A stretch of 32,000 nt of DNA from Horticoccus luteus (GTDB lineage: Bacteria > Verrucomicrobiota > Verrucomicrobiia > Opitutales > Opitutaceae). Below are positions 18,916-28,594 of the stretch, piece by piece; within the stretch, counting starts at the first letter, position 1, and each line of letters opens with the position of its first letter. Under the pieces are notes generated by a model. That model made no database searches. It was not told where the DNA came from and saw only the letters and a list, made by a program, of their open reading frames with translations. The stretch spans positions 1,920,001 to 1,952,000 of the forward strand of contig NZ_CP080507.1 in the NCBI RefSeq assembly GCF_019464535.1, written 5' to 3'. A program made the translations under genes and the position numbers.

Positions 18916-19998
18916 ATGAGCTATGAGATGAACGACCTGCTCGACCTGATGGTGGAGCAAAACGCGTCTGACCTGCACATCCAAGTCGGACAAGCTCCCG
19001 TCTTGCGCTTGAGCGGCAGCATGACGCCGATCGACGGTCCGATTCTGGGGCCGGCCGATACGGAGCGGCTGATGCTTTCCATCACACCGGACGCACACAT
19101 CAGCAACGTGAAGCTGAATGGCGGCGCGGACTTTGGTTTCGCGTTTGGCGAAAAGGCGCGGTTTCGCGTGAGCATCCTCCGGGCGAAGGGCAATTACGGG
19201 ATGGTGCTCCGCCAGATTCCCAACCGCATGTTCGGACTGCGCGATATCGGCATGCCTGACAAAATCCGCGAGCTGCTCTACCGGCCGCGCGGACTGATTC
19301 TGGTCACCGGGCCGACGGGCTCCGGCAAGTCGACGACGCTCGCGTCGCTGATCAACTACATTAACGAAAACCGCGACGGGCACATCATCACGATCGAAGA
19401 CCCGATTGAGTATTATCATCCGCACAAACGCTGTCTGGTGACGCAGCGGGAAGTGCACGTGGACGTGCCAAGTTTCGCGGAGGCGATTCGCCGCGCGCTG
19501 CGTCAGGATCCGGACATCATCCTCGTCGGTGAAATGCGCGACCTGGAGACGATCGAGGCGGCGATCAGTGCGGCGGAGACGGGCCATTTGGTTTTCGGCA
19601 CGCTGCACACGAACAGCGCCGCCAAAACCGTGGACCGCATCGTGGACGCATTTCCGGCAAACATGAAGGAGATGATCCGCACACAGCTCGCGTCGTCGTT
19701 GCAGGCCGTGATTTCCCAGGTGCTTTGCAAGAAGACGGGCGGCGGCCGCATCGCGGCCTACGAGATCATGATCAACACGACGTCCATCGCGTCGCTGATT
19801 CGCGAGAACAAGACGTTTCGCATTCCGTCGGACATCCAAACGGGCGCCAATCTCGGGATGATCACGATGGACACGCATTTGCTCAGTCTGCACAACCGCA
19901 ACCTCGTCAGCCCGGATGAATGCGTGGAAAAGGCCCAGGATCCGATCGTGATGCGGGACAAGCTCACCAGCCTCGGCGCGCAGTTGAAAGTGTTGTAA
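18916..19998 (+). CDS. pilT: Twitching-motility retraction ATPase PilT
   Basis: 360 aa. [23 protein letters not shown]-terminus, [35 protein letters not shown], and the PilT-specific IASLIRENK (AIRNLIRE-like) motif. Confidence 0.93.
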   Translation: MSYEMNDLLDLMVEQNASDLHIQVGQAPVLRLSGSMTPIDGPILGPADTERLMLSITPDAHISNVKLNGGADFGFAFGEKARFRVSILRAKGNYGMVLRQIPNRMFGLRDIGMPDKIRELLYRPRGLILVTGPTGSGKSTTLASLINYINENRDGHIITIEDPIEYYHPHKRCLVTQREVHVDVPSFAEAIRRALRQDPDIILVGEMRDLETIEAAISAAETGHLVFGTLHTNSAAKTVDRIVDAFPANMKEMIRTQLASSLQAVISQVLCKKTGGGRIAAYEIMINTTSIASLIRENKTFRIPSDIQTGANLGMITMDTHLLSLHNRNLVSPDECVEKAQDPIVMRDKLTSLGAQLKVL

Positions 19999-20007
19999 CC
20001 GGCGCTC

Positions 20008-21699
20008 ATGTTCGAAGGCCACGATCAGGCGGTCCACGAATTCCTGCGGGAGCGCCGGCTGGTTTCGCCCACGCAGCTTGCGGCATTCGACAGCGAACGA
20101 GAGGCAACGGGGCACTCCCTCGCGGCGCTGGTGATCGAACACGGTTTGATCGAGCGCGAAGCATTGCTCGCCGCACTGGCGCAACATCTCGGCTGCGACT
20201 ACGCGAAGGAGCTGCCGGTGCATCTGGCGCCGGAGCTGACCGGGCTGCTGGCCGGCCACGTGGCGCGCAGTTACGGCGTGATCCCAAGGCGCGTTGACGC
20301 GCAGTCGATCGATCTGCTGGTGGTGGATCCATTCAACGGCCAGATCGTGGACGACCTCACGTTTGCGCTGGGGCGGGATATTCGCGTCGTGGTGGCGGAC
20401 CCGTTGCGCGTCGAGCAGTTGATCAAACAGCACTACGGGGAGGATGAGGCGAGTCTCGATGAGTTGTTGAACGAGATCAGCACGACCGAGCTCACGCGAC
20501 CCGCCGCGGAACTATCGGCGGATGATATCGAGAGCCTTGCGGGGCAGACGCCCATCATTCGTTTCGTGAACGTGGTGCTCGCGCAGGCAGTGCGGGACAA
20601 GGCGAGCGACATTCATTTCGAGCCGTTCGAGCACGAGTTCAAAATCCGGTATCGGATCGACGGCGCGCTCTACGAAATGGCGCCGCCGCCGCTCGCGCTG
20701 GCGCTGCCGATCACCTCGCGCATCAAGGTTCTGGCGAACCTCAACATCGCCGAGCGCCGCGTGCCGCAGGACGGCCGGATCAAGCTGACCGTGGCGGGGC
20801 GGGCGGTCGATCTACGCGTCTCGACCTTGCCGACGCAATTCGGCGAGAGCGTGGTGTTACGCGTGCTCGATCAATCCGCGGTGCAACTCGATCTTGGGCA
20901 GCTCGGAATGCCGCCGGAAGTTTTGGCGGGCGTCAGTGAAATCGTACGGCGACCCAACGGTATTTTTATCGTCACGGGTCCCACCGGTTCCGGCAAGACC
21001 ACGACGCTCTACAGCGGGTTGCGGGAGATCAACACGACTGAATTGAAGCTGCTCACGGTCGAGGATCCGGTCGAATACGAGATCGACGGCATCATGCAGG
21101 TGCCCGTCAATCCACAGGTCGGGCTGACTTTTGCGGCGGCGCTGCGCTCGTTTTTGCGGCAGGATCCGGACGTAATCATGGTGGGCGAAGTGCGCGACTT
21201 GGAGACGGCGCAAATCGCCATTCAGGCCTCGCTGACGGGGCATTTAGTGCTGTCGACATTGCACACGAACGACGCGGCCGGTGCGATCACCCGGTTGATC
21301 GACATGGGAGTGGAGCCGTTTCTCATCGCTTCGACCTTGGAGGCCGTGCTGGCGCAACGGTTGGTGCGGAGGATATGCACGCAGTGCCGGACCAGCTACA
21401 CGCCCGATCCGGCGGTGCTAAAGCAATCCAACATTGATTCCGCGGCGTTGGGCGGCCGGGCGTTTTTCTATGGCCGGGGTTGTGCGCACTGCGATCAGAC
21501 GGGTTATCGCGGGCGACGCGGAATCTACGAGTGGTTGCGGATCACCGATGCGATTCGCGAGCTGATCACGCAGCGCGCGCCAACGCTGTTAATCCGCCAG
21601 AAAGCGGTGGCGCAGGGAATGCGCACGCTGCGAGACGATGGGCTGCGCGCGATTTTTGATGGCGAGACGACGGTCGAGGAAGTCATCAAATACACCTGA
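20008..21699 (+). CDS. PilB/GspE-family assembly ATPase (copy 2)
   Basis: 563 aa. T2SSE_N-like N-terminus, [46 protein letters not shown]. Tetracysteine CTQC...CAHC. A diverged paralog of 17086..18816. Confidence 0.9.
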   Translation: MFEGHDQAVHEFLRERRLVSPTQLAAFDSEREATGHSLAALVIEHGLIEREALLAALAQHLGCDYAKELPVHLAPELTGLLAGHVARSYGVIPRRVDAQSIDLLVVDPFNGQIVDDLTFALGRDIRVVVADPLRVEQLIKQHYGEDEASLDELLNEISTTELTRPAAELSADDIESLAGQTPIIRFVNVVLAQAVRDKASDIHFEPFEHEFKIRYRIDGALYEMAPPPLALALPITSRIKVLANLNIAERRVPQDGRIKLTVAGRAVDLRVSTLPTQFGESVVLRVLDQSAVQLDLGQLGMPPEVLAGVSEIVRRPNGIFIVTGPTGSGKTTTLYSGLREINTTELKLLTVEDPVEYEIDGIMQVPVNPQVGLTFAAALRSFLRQDPDVIMVGEVRDLETAQIAIQASLTGHLVLSTLHTNDAAGAITRLIDMGVEPFLIASTLEAVLAQRLVRRICTQCRTSYTPDPAVLKQSNIDSAALGGRAFFYGRGCAHCDQTGYRGRRGIYEWLRITDAIRELITQRAPTLLIRQKAVAQGMRTLRDDGLRAIFDGETTVEEVIKYT

Positions 21700-21700
21700 C

Positions 21701-22987
21701 ATGCCGCGTTACCGCTACACTGCGATCGAAGCTGCGACGGGCCGCGAGCGCACCGGCTTGATCGACGCGACAGGTGCAGAGGAGGCGGCGAACACCCTGA
21801 AGTCGCGCGGGCTCGCGCCGATGGGTTTAGCCGCAGCCGCGGGCGAAGTGGACGCTCCTGTGCAGGTCAAGGCGCCCGTGCGGAAAAGCGCGGCGCCGGC
21901 CCGGGTGAAAAAGCCGGGGCGCAAATTCAACGTCGTTATTGGGCGCCCGATGAGCCGGCGCGGTCTAATGCTATTTACCCGGCAACTCGCGACGCTGGTA
22001 AAGTCCGGCATGCCGTTGCTGCGTTCGCTCGATGTGCTGGCCAGGCAGGAGAATAATCCCCACGCACGCGAGATGATTGAAAGCCTCGGCGAAACGATCC
22101 GATCCGGGGGAAACTTATCAGATGGATTGCTGGAATTTCCCCGAATTTTCGATCGCCTTTACGTGAACATGGTCAAGGCGGGTGAAGCGGGGGGTGTGCT
22201 CGATACGGTGCTCGACCGGCTGGCGGTCTTTCTGGAAAAGGCCGAAAAAATCCGGGGCAAGATCAAGGCGGCGATGACTTACCCTGTGATCATCGTGCTC
22301 GTTGCCACCGGGATCATGGCGGCATTGCTCGTGTTCGTGGTGCCCAAGTTCGAGGCGATTTTCCAAGGTCTGCTGAAAGGCCAGTCAATGCCGCCGCTGA
22401 CCGTGGCCGTGCTCGGCGTAAGCCGGTTCGTGCAACAGCATCTTGTCATCCTGGCGGTGGTGGTCGTGGGCAGCTATTTCGCGCTCGGCCTGCTGCGGCG
22501 GACGCGCCGCGGCACCCGCTTGGTGGATCGTCTGCAAATGCGACTGCCGCTGCTCGGCCCGCTGTTTCTAAAGGCGGCGATCGCGCGGTTCACGCGCACG
22601 TTCGGCACGTTGCTCGCGAGCGGAGTGCCGATTCTTCAGGCGCTCGCCATTACGCGCGATACGAGTGGGAACGTGTTTGTCGCCGAGGCAATCGACACGG
22701 TGCACGACCGGGTGAAAGAAGGCGATAATGTCGCGCGGCCGCTGCAGGCGACAGACGTTTTCCCCGGGATGGTGACGAGCATGATCGAGGTCGGCGAGGA
22801 AACAGGCGCGTTGCCGGAAATGTTGACGCGCATTGCAAATATTTACGACGAGGAGGTGGATAATGCGGTAGTCGGGCTCACGTCGATTTTGGAGCCGATG
22901 ATGATCGTCGTAATGGCCGTGGTCGTCGGCACGATGGTAATCGCGCTGATGCTGCCGATCATGCGCATCGTGCAGACGCTCGGGTAG
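21701..22987 (+). CDS. pilC: PilC/GspF-family inner-membrane platform protein
   Basis: ORF trimmed to ATG 21701, 1 nt after the upstream stop. Two GspF repeats (LATLVKSGMPLLRSLDVL; GTLLASGVPILQALAI) and three TM segments. Confidence 0.9.
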   Translation: MPRYRYTAIEAATGRERTGLIDATGAEEAANTLKSRGLAPMGLAAAAGEVDAPVQVKAPVRKSAAPARVKKPGRKFNVVIGRPMSRRGLMLFTRQLATLVKSGMPLLRSLDVLARQENNPHAREMIESLGETIRSGGNLSDGLLEFPRIFDRLYVNMVKAGEAGGVLDTVLDRLAVFLEKAEKIRGKIKAAMTYPVIIVLVATGIMAALLVFVVPKFEAIFQGLLKGQSMPPLTVAVLGVSRFVQQHLVILAVVVVGSYFALGLLRRTRRGTRLVDRLQMRLPLLGPLFLKAAIARFTRTFGTLLASGVPILQALAITRDTSGNVFVAEAIDTVHDRVKEGDNVARPLQATDVFPGMVTSMIEVGEETGALPEMLTRIANIYDEEVDNAVVGLTSILEPMMIVVMAVVVGTMVIALMLPIMRIVQTLG

Positions 22988-23090
22988 TGCGAACGCGCTG
23001 CGAGGGGTGACGGCGCGAGGCAGTCAGCGCGGCCGCTGGATAGCTGCTCGTGGTCGCGGAGGCGACTCGCGCACGCGTGCCGGGCGGGCG

Positions 23091-24140
23091 CTACGACGCG
23101 GGCTGGTCGGATTCCGCGGGGGCCGGAGTTGCAACGACAGGCGCACATGCGCTCGTCGGCAACTTGCGCGTGAGCAGGGGTGAGCTGAGGCCGGGCAGGC
23201 GGTCAGAGAAATCAGCCGAATCAGCGCTCTGGCGCAGGGCGCGCTGGACCATGCCCATCTTGGCATCGAGGTTGTCGACGAGGGAAACAAAGACGGCCTC
23301 CGGCGTGGCGGCGTAAACGGCGGCGCCCCACTCAGGCTCGCCTTGATGGGAGAGAATGATGTGTTCGAGGCGCTCCGTGCGCTCGGCATCGAGACGGGCA
23401 CGGAGGGCGGCTTTACGGGCGAGTTGATAGCCCAGCACGACGTGACCTTGAAGGATGCCGCGACGGCTGCGTTTCGTGGTGAGCGTGCCTTCGTATTCGA
23501 TCACCTTTCCGGTGTCGTGCAGCAGCACGCCGGCCATCGCGAGATCCGCGTCGACCTCAAGGTAAAGCGGCAGGAGCGCCCGACACGCGCGCGCCATGTG
23601 CGTGGTGTGCTCCAACAAGCCATGGCGATACGCGTGATGCATCGCGACGGCGGCAGGCGACCAACGAAAGGCGTCGCCAAGCTCTTCGAAGACGTTGCGC
23701 ACCGTGAGGCGGAGTTCATCGTGCTTGATGCTGTCGATGAACTGCTGGAGTTCGGTCCACAACGCGTCGGCATTCTCGGGCGCGACCTCGACCAGATTTT
23801 CCAAGAGGCCGGGCGCACTGAGGTCCTCTTCGGCGAGGACGTCGACTTTGGCCAGCTTGGGGGAGAGGCGGCCTTGGTAGTAATCGATGCGGCCCTCGAG
23901 ACGAACCACGCCTCCTTCGCCGGCGGTTTTCAGCGCTTCGTAGGGCGGACTGTCGCTGAAAACCGTGCAACCGAACGAGCCGCCGCGGTCGCCGAATTCC
24001 ACGCTGAGAAACGGGTTGCCGTTGGCGGCGGTCTTGGTGGTGAGCTTGCGAAGGACGAGCACGCTCGCGAACGCACGGCCGTTGCCGTTGGTCACCGCCT
24101 TGAGTTCTTGAACGGTGGAGAGGACGAGCGGCTCAGCCAT
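23091..24140 (-). CDS. OB-fold plus HD-domain phosphohydrolase, YhaM-like 3'-5' exoribonuclease family
   Basis: N-terminal OB-like segment (NGNPFLSVEFGDRGGSFGCTVFSD), then an HD domain (HHAYRHGLLEHTTHM ... LLHDTGKV). Pro/Ala-rich C-terminal tail. The start overlaps the upstream stop by 8 nt. Confidence 0.7.
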   Translation of the reverse strand: MAEPLVLSTVQELKAVTNGNGRAFASVLVLRKLTTKTAANGNPFLSVEFGDRGGSFGCTVFSDSPPYEALKTAGEGGVVRLEGRIDYYQGRLSPKLAKVDVLAEEDLSAPGLLENLVEVAPENADALWTELQQFIDSIKHDELRLTVRNVFEELGDAFRWSPAAVAMHHAYRHGLLEHTTHMARACRALLPLYLEVDADLAMAGVLLHDTGKVIEYEGTLTTKRSRRGILQGHVVLGYQLARKAALRARLDAERTERLEHIILSHQGEPEWGAAVYAATPEAVFVSLVDNLDAKMGMVQRALRQSADSADFSDRLPGLSSPLLTRKLPTSACAPVVATPAPAESDQPAS

Positions 24141-24687
24141 GAGATTTTACGAGTTGGGTGTAAGCGCGGAAAAAAGGATGCGTCGTGTCGCCGAGCAGCG
24201 CGTAGCCCACAGTCTCGGTGGGCAACACGTGCGCCCCCGCGCGTGCAAGTTCATCAAGGCAGGTGCGCGCATCGTCGGGCCGGCGCGCCCCGACCGCGTC
24301 GGACAAGAGTGTGACCTGCCAGCCGGCGGCGAGCGCGTCGCGCGCGGTCTGGAAAACGCAGACGGACGTTTCGATACCGCAGAGGAGGAGGTGTTCGATT
24401 TCTTGCGCTTCGAGCGCGGCGCGGATCGTGGGATCGGCGAGCGCGGAGAAGGTGTTCTTCGGCCAGACCGGCGCGGTGGGGGCCAGGGCGCGCAGCGCAG
24501 GCGCGGTGCCGCCGAGTTTGGCCGGGACCTGTTCGGTGAAGGCCACGCGCAGCCCCAGTCCGGCCGCAGCCGCCAGCGCAAACGCGCAGCGCCGCTCGAT
24601 CGCCGCCGGGTCCGCCATGGCGGCGATGAACACGGGCTGCAGGTCGATGCAGAGCAGCAGCGCGGCGGTAAGCGGAGAATCGTTCAT
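24133..24687 (-). CDS. Isochorismatase-family (cysteine) hydrolase
   Basis: 184 aa with the family's D / K / C triad contexts: LCIDLQ, WPKNTFSA, GIETSVCV. ATGA overlap with the upstream gene. Confidence 0.8.
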   Translation of the reverse strand: MNDSPLTAALLLCIDLQPVFIAAMADPAAIERRCAFALAAAAGLGLRVAFTEQVPAKLGGTAPALRALAPTAPVWPKNTFSALADPTIRAALEAQEIEHLLLCGIETSVCVFQTARDALAAGWQVTLLSDAVGARRPDDARTCLDELARAGAHVLPTETVGYALLGDTTHPFFRAYTQLVKSHG

Positions 24688-25340
24688 GGGTAGTAGCGGC
24701 GGCGGGCGCGCACCTGCAGAAAACGTTTCTCAGGGAAGATGAGCGCCGTCAACGCGCCGCCCATGACGCAGGCAGTGTCGAGGCACACCGACCACTTAAG
24801 CTTGTAGACTTCGGGACGCGACGTGTGCCCGTAAACGACGAAAGGTGGACCATTCCAGAGGTCGGCCCAAAAAGGCGCGCCGGGGGCTTCGGAGCGTTTG
24901 GCGGGGCGGCCGTCGTCGATCACTTGGATGCGCGTGACGACGCTGGCGGGTTGTTTCGCCCACGGTTGGTCCGGCAAAAAGCCGCCGTGCACAAAGACGG
25001 TGTTCAACTCGGGTTCGTGATGGGTAAGGACCATCGATTCGAGATAAGACCAGTCGCTGGGGCGCAGCCGATCCAGGGTTTCGCGATCGCCGTTGCGGAG
25101 ATATTTGGGGTCGCGCGTCCGGCGGAAGGCGAGAAAACGCAACTCGTGGTTGCCGAGGAGGGGAAGTGCCGCGTGAGCGCGAGCAAGATCGATGACACGA
25201 TTGCTGTCGGGGCCGCGATTAATGAGGTCGCCGAGCAGGACCAGCCGGTCATCGCGGGTGAGCTCCAGTTGGGCGAGCAAGTCGGCGAATTCCTGGTGGC
25301 ATCCGTGAATATCGCCCACGGCAATGAGACGTCCGGTCAT
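24684..25340 (-). CDS. PPP-family metallophosphoesterase (ApaH/PrpE-like Ser/Thr phosphatase or diadenosine tetraphosphatase)
   Basis: Trimmed to ATG 25340 (MTGRLIAVGDIHGC...). Motifs GDIHG, GDLINRGPDS, GNHE and VHGG are present. The longer ORF start at 25394 would overlap the divergent gene's ATG. Confidence 0.85.
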   Translation of the reverse strand: MTGRLIAVGDIHGCHQEFADLLAQLELTRDDRLVLLGDLINRGPDSNRVIDLARAHAALPLLGNHELRFLAFRRTRDPKYLRNGDRETLDRLRPSDWSYLESMVLTHHEPELNTVFVHGGFLPDQPWAKQPASVVTRIQVIDDGRPAKRSEAPGAPFWADLWNGPPFVVYGHTSRPEVYKLKWSVCLDTACVMGGALTALIFPEKRFLQVRARRRYYP

Positions 25341-25392
25341 CAGAGGGAAATTTGCTAGCGTCCGCTGGCGGGCGAAGTAAACAAGAAACCCC

Positions 25393-25998
25393 ATGGATTT
25401 GAATCTGCAGCCGCGCGCGACGACGTGCTTTGTATCCGGTCAGCCCTTCGAGGCGGGCAACCGGGTGGCGAGCTTTCTGGTGCGCGCGACCTCGCTCGAC
25501 GTCGTGCGTTACGACGTGCTGGAAGCGCAGGCGGCGGGCTTTTCACCCGAGGGATTTGTCGCGTGCAGCTGGGTGCAGGCCTACAAGCCGAGGCTCGCGG
25601 GAGAAAACGCCGACCGGGCGTTGAAGCTGACGTCCGAAAATTTATTTTTCACGCTGATCGACCCGTTGACGGAGCCCACGCCGGAGAACACGCGGCTGGT
25701 GCAATTTCTAGCTCTCATGCTGGAGCGGAAACGCACGTTGAAACCGAGGGGACTGAGTCCCGATGGCACGAAAAACGTTTATGAGCACGCCAAGACCAAA
25801 CAGCGCGTCGAAGTGCCCGCGGGCGAATTGACGCCGGAGTTTTTCGTGCTCGTGCAGGAACAGCTTTCCATCCTGGTCGGAACGCCAAAATTGAAACCTG
25901 CGGCGGGAGCGACGACACCGGCCGCTGTGGGGGGCGCAGGCGCCGAGGATCAAACCACGTTGGCGGATATCGCGACGGATACGAACAGCGGCCTGTAA
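25393..25998 (+). CDS. Hypothetical protein, 201 aa, no recognisable family
   Basis: Open frame with strongly GC-biased third positions. No TM or signal peptide. Ala/Gly/Thr-rich C-terminal tail. No motif that I recognise. Confidence 0.7.
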   Translation: MDLNLQPRATTCFVSGQPFEAGNRVASFLVRATSLDVVRYDVLEAQAAGFSPEGFVACSWVQAYKPRLAGENADRALKLTSENLFFTLIDPLTEPTPENTRLVQFLALMLERKRTLKPRGLSPDGTKNVYEHAKTKQRVEVPAGELTPEFFVLVQEQLSILVGTPKLKPAAGATTPAAVGGAGAEDQTTLADIATDTNSGL

Positions 25999-26015
25999 AT
26001 CGCGGCTGGGGCGCG

Positions 26016-26777
26016 TTAGCGCCGGACGGGCATCCCGCGTGTCGTGAGATAATCCTTCACTTGTGGAATCGTGAAGGTGCCAAAGTGAAACAGTGAGGCG
26101 GCGAGGACGGCACTTGCGCGGCCCGCATCCAGCACCTCGGCGAAGTGCTCCATCGTTCCGGCACCGCCGCTGGCAATGACTGGCACTTCGACGGCATCGC
26201 TGACCCGGCGCGTGAGTTCGACATCGTAGCCGATGCCCGTGCCGTCGCGATCCATGCTGGTGAGGAGAATTTCACCGGCGCCTAGTTCAACGGCCCGGCG
26301 CGCCCACGCGATGGCGTCGAGTTCCGTGGGGCGCCGACCGCCGTGGGTGTAGACGCGCCACGACTGGCCGTCGGGCTCACGTTTCGCGTCGATCGCGAGG
26401 ACGATGCATTGATTGCCGAAGCGCCGGGAAGCCGCGGCGATGAGCGCAGGCTCCTGGATGGCAGCAGTGTTCAGAGAAACTTTGTCGGCGCCGGATTTCA
26501 GCATCGCCTCAATGTTGTCGACCGAGCGCAGGCCGCCGCCGACCGTCAGAGGCATGAAACATTGTTCGGCAGTCGCCGCGACCACGTCGTGCATGATGGC
26601 GCGGCCATCGCTCGACGCGGTGATATCGAGAAAGATGAGCTCGTCGGCGCCTTGCGCGTCATAGGCGCGAGCGCATGCGACAGGATCGCCCGCATCACGC
26701 AATTCCTGAAACTTGACGCCCTTGACGACGCGGCCGGCGTTGACGTCAAGACACGGAATGATTCGGCGCGAGAGCAC
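26016..26777 (-). CDS. hisF: Imidazole glycerol phosphate synthase, cyclase subunit HisF
   Basis: GTG start giving [23 protein letters not shown] and the (beta/alpha)8 HisF pattern throughout. 253 aa. Confidence 0.95.
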   Translation of the reverse strand: MLSRRIIPCLDVNAGRVVKGVKFQELRDAGDPVACARAYDAQGADELIFLDITASSDGRAIMHDVVAATAEQCFMPLTVGGGLRSVDNIEAMLKSGADKVSLNTAAIQEPALIAAASRRFGNQCIVLAIDAKREPDGQSWRVYTHGGRRPTELDAIAWARRAVELGAGEILLTSMDRDGTGIGYDVELTRRVSDAVEVPVIASGGAGTMEHFAEVLDAGRASAVLAASLFHFGTFTIPQVKDYLTTRGMPVRR

Positions 26778-26833
26778 GGCGGAATTCGCTGCTTATACGG
26801 CGCGCGGAGCACGCGGCATTTTACCGGCAGGGG

Positions 26834-28594
26834 TCAACCCTCGACGACAGCAACGTCCGGGTCGTAATTCACCAGCAGACGGTAAACGTGACCGGGACGC
26901 ATGATGAGCGGGTGGTCGCGCACGAGGTGCTGAATGTAGTGAATCTTGCCGTAATTGGTGCGGTAAGCCGGATCGGCGGAAACGATTTCCGTCTCCTGCC
27001 AGTTGGCTTGAAAGTCATCCTTCGCGACGCTGCAACGCAGCCCCTGCGCACCGAGTGCCGGTGAACCGGCGACGCGGTATTTGGAATGTGGCGCCGCGAT
27101 CGCGAGGGCAAAGCGGAATTTGTCCAAGGTGACCTGCTGTTTGACGGTGTAAGCAAACTCGGCGGCGATTTGATGGCCGGAGAACGTCCACTGCACCTTC
27201 ACACTGCCGAGGCCCTTGACGAGTTCCTCATTGAGATTGATGAGCTCGGGTTGTTCGTAGCGGAAATAGAAGCTGTTGCGCAGACCGAGGCCCGTGACGC
27301 AGTTGCGGCCGTAGAAAGCCGGAATAGTCACTTGGTCCCCGAAGGTGAGCTCGGGCAACATGACGGGCAGGTAAACGTTGTTCGGCCAGTCGAACACGCC
27401 GGGGCAGTGAGGGAAGGGCAGCGAGTCGGCGGTGAGTTTGGTGCCGGAGCTGACGAGCGGAATTTGCGCGTGCAGGCCGCTGGCGGCGTCGCGATAGAGA
27501 AACAGGCCCTGTTCCTTGCGGTTGGATTTGTCGAAAATGACGAATCGTCCGCTCGTGCGGGGCGCCTCGGTTTTCGGTGCGCCGGACGGCATGTGGACCG
27601 TCTTAGAAAGGCGCGACCACTGGCACAAGTAGCGCGCGGCGTCGAAATTCGCCATGCGGGTGGTGTGCTTTTCGTAGGCGGTGCGTTCGTCGTCGCGGAG
27701 GTCGAGGAAGCCGTGCTCCTGATCCAGATACGTCTGGTAAAAGTAAAGGAAGAGGCGGCGGAGGATATCGAAATACTTGGGCTTTTGGTCGTCCGGAATC
27801 CAGCCATCGCGCAGGCCTTGGAGGATAAGGCTGATGCAGTGCATCTGGCCGTAAGCGCCCGCGGCGCGGCCGTAGGCCCAGCCGAGGCCGTCGGCGCGCA
27901 CGAGGTCCGGCATCGTCTTGATGTATTTCTCGGCGTAGGTGCGGAGCGTGGGCAGCTTGCGGTCGCGCACGCCGCTGTTGGCGTGCAACTGCAGCGCGGA
28001 GCGGATGAACACGAACGTCATCACGCCATAGAGATTGAAATTACCTCCGAAACCGGAGGTGGCGTCGTCGAAAAATCCGGCGGAGCTGGTCTGATTGATG
28101 CGTTCAACCATGCGCTCGATCAGGCGCGAGGTTTCGTCTTTTTTCGAAAGACCAAAGCTGAACCGGGCGACCGCCTTGGCGACGTTGAACGCCTGCCAGT
28201 GATTGTCGTAGTCGCTGCGGTGGAGCAGTTGCTTGTCGATGCGTTCGCGTGTTTCCTCGACGAGGCGCTCCCAGACGGGGTTGCGCTCCTTGGAAGGGCC
28301 GAAGGCGAGCAGGCCGAGGGCGGCGTAAGCGAGGCCGTTTTCGGCGGCTGGTTCGGTGAAGACCTGCGCGGTGATGCAGCGCGCGGCGAGGTCGATCAGG
28401 TCGTGGCCTTTGAGGCTGGTCTCGCCGGTGGCGCGAAAGAATTCTCCGAGGGCGTAAGCGACGTGGCCGGGTTCATCGGCGCGCGAGAGCTCATTATTGG
28501 CTGGCAGCAAGGTGCCATCGGGCTGAATCGAGTCCAGATTATGGGCCAACATAGAGCGGGCCATATCGAGACATTGCTCGGAAAAACTGTGCAT
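26834..28594 (-). CDS. Uncharacterised 586-aa cytoplasmic protein (helix-rich N-terminal ~340 aa, strand-rich C-terminal ~240 aa)
   Basis: Long uninterrupted frame with coding-like codon bias. No signal peptide or TM segment visible. No catalytic motif that I can name. Confidence 0.8.
   Translation of the reverse strand: MHSFSEQCLDMARSMLAHNLDSIQPDGTLLPANNELSRADEPGHVAYALGEFFRATGETSLKGHDLIDLAARCITAQVFTEPAAENGLAYAALGLLAFGPSKERNPVWERLVEETRERIDKQLLHRSDYDNHWQAFNVAKAVARFSFGLSKKDETSRLIERMVERINQTSSAGFFDDATSGFGGNFNLYGVMTFVFIRSALQLHANSGVRDRKLPTLRTYAEKYIKTMPDLVRADGLGWAYGRAAGAYGQMHCISLILQGLRDGWIPDDQKPKYFDILRRLFLYFYQTYLDQEHGFLDLRDDERTAYEKHTTRMANFDAARYLCQWSRLSKTVHMPSGAPKTEAPRTSGRFVIFDKSNRKEQGLFLYRDAASGLHAQIPLVSSGTKLTADSLPFPHCPGVFDWPNNVYLPVMLPELTFGDQVTIPAFYGRNCVTGLGLRNSFYFRYEQPELINLNEELVKGLGSVKVQWTFSGHQIAAEFAYTVKQQVTLDKFRFALAIAAPHSKYRVAGSPALGAQGLRCSVAKDDFQANWQETEIVSADPAYRTNYGKIHYIQHLVRDHPLIMRPGHVYRLLVNYDPDVAVVEG

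Noticed and set aside
17086-20400. A possible MshEN-type c-di-GMP binding motif (RLGxxLLxxGLIxxxxLxxxLxxQ) in the N-termini of the two PilB-like ATPases.
   Set aside because: Both N-termini look like generic T2SSE_N domains. By eye the key Arg, Gly and terminal Gln positions do not line up (for example [24 protein letters not shown] ends in H, not Q). A claim cannot be supported without a profile alignment.
18694-20433. Very long ORFs antisense to annotated genes. Examples: 18694..20433 (-) 579 aa opposite pilT/pilB', 15810..17435 (-) opposite rho, 11016..12329 and 12330..13748 (+) opposite pgi/comM, 27086..28612 (+), 6943..8379 (-), 1687..2937 (-), 140..1093 (-), 30160..30924 (-).
   Set aside because: Their translations are Arg/Gly/Ala/His-rich with no motifs, and each lies exactly opposite a gene with unmistakable family signatures. 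Long stop-free antisense frames are expected in GC-rich DNA with GC-biased third positions.
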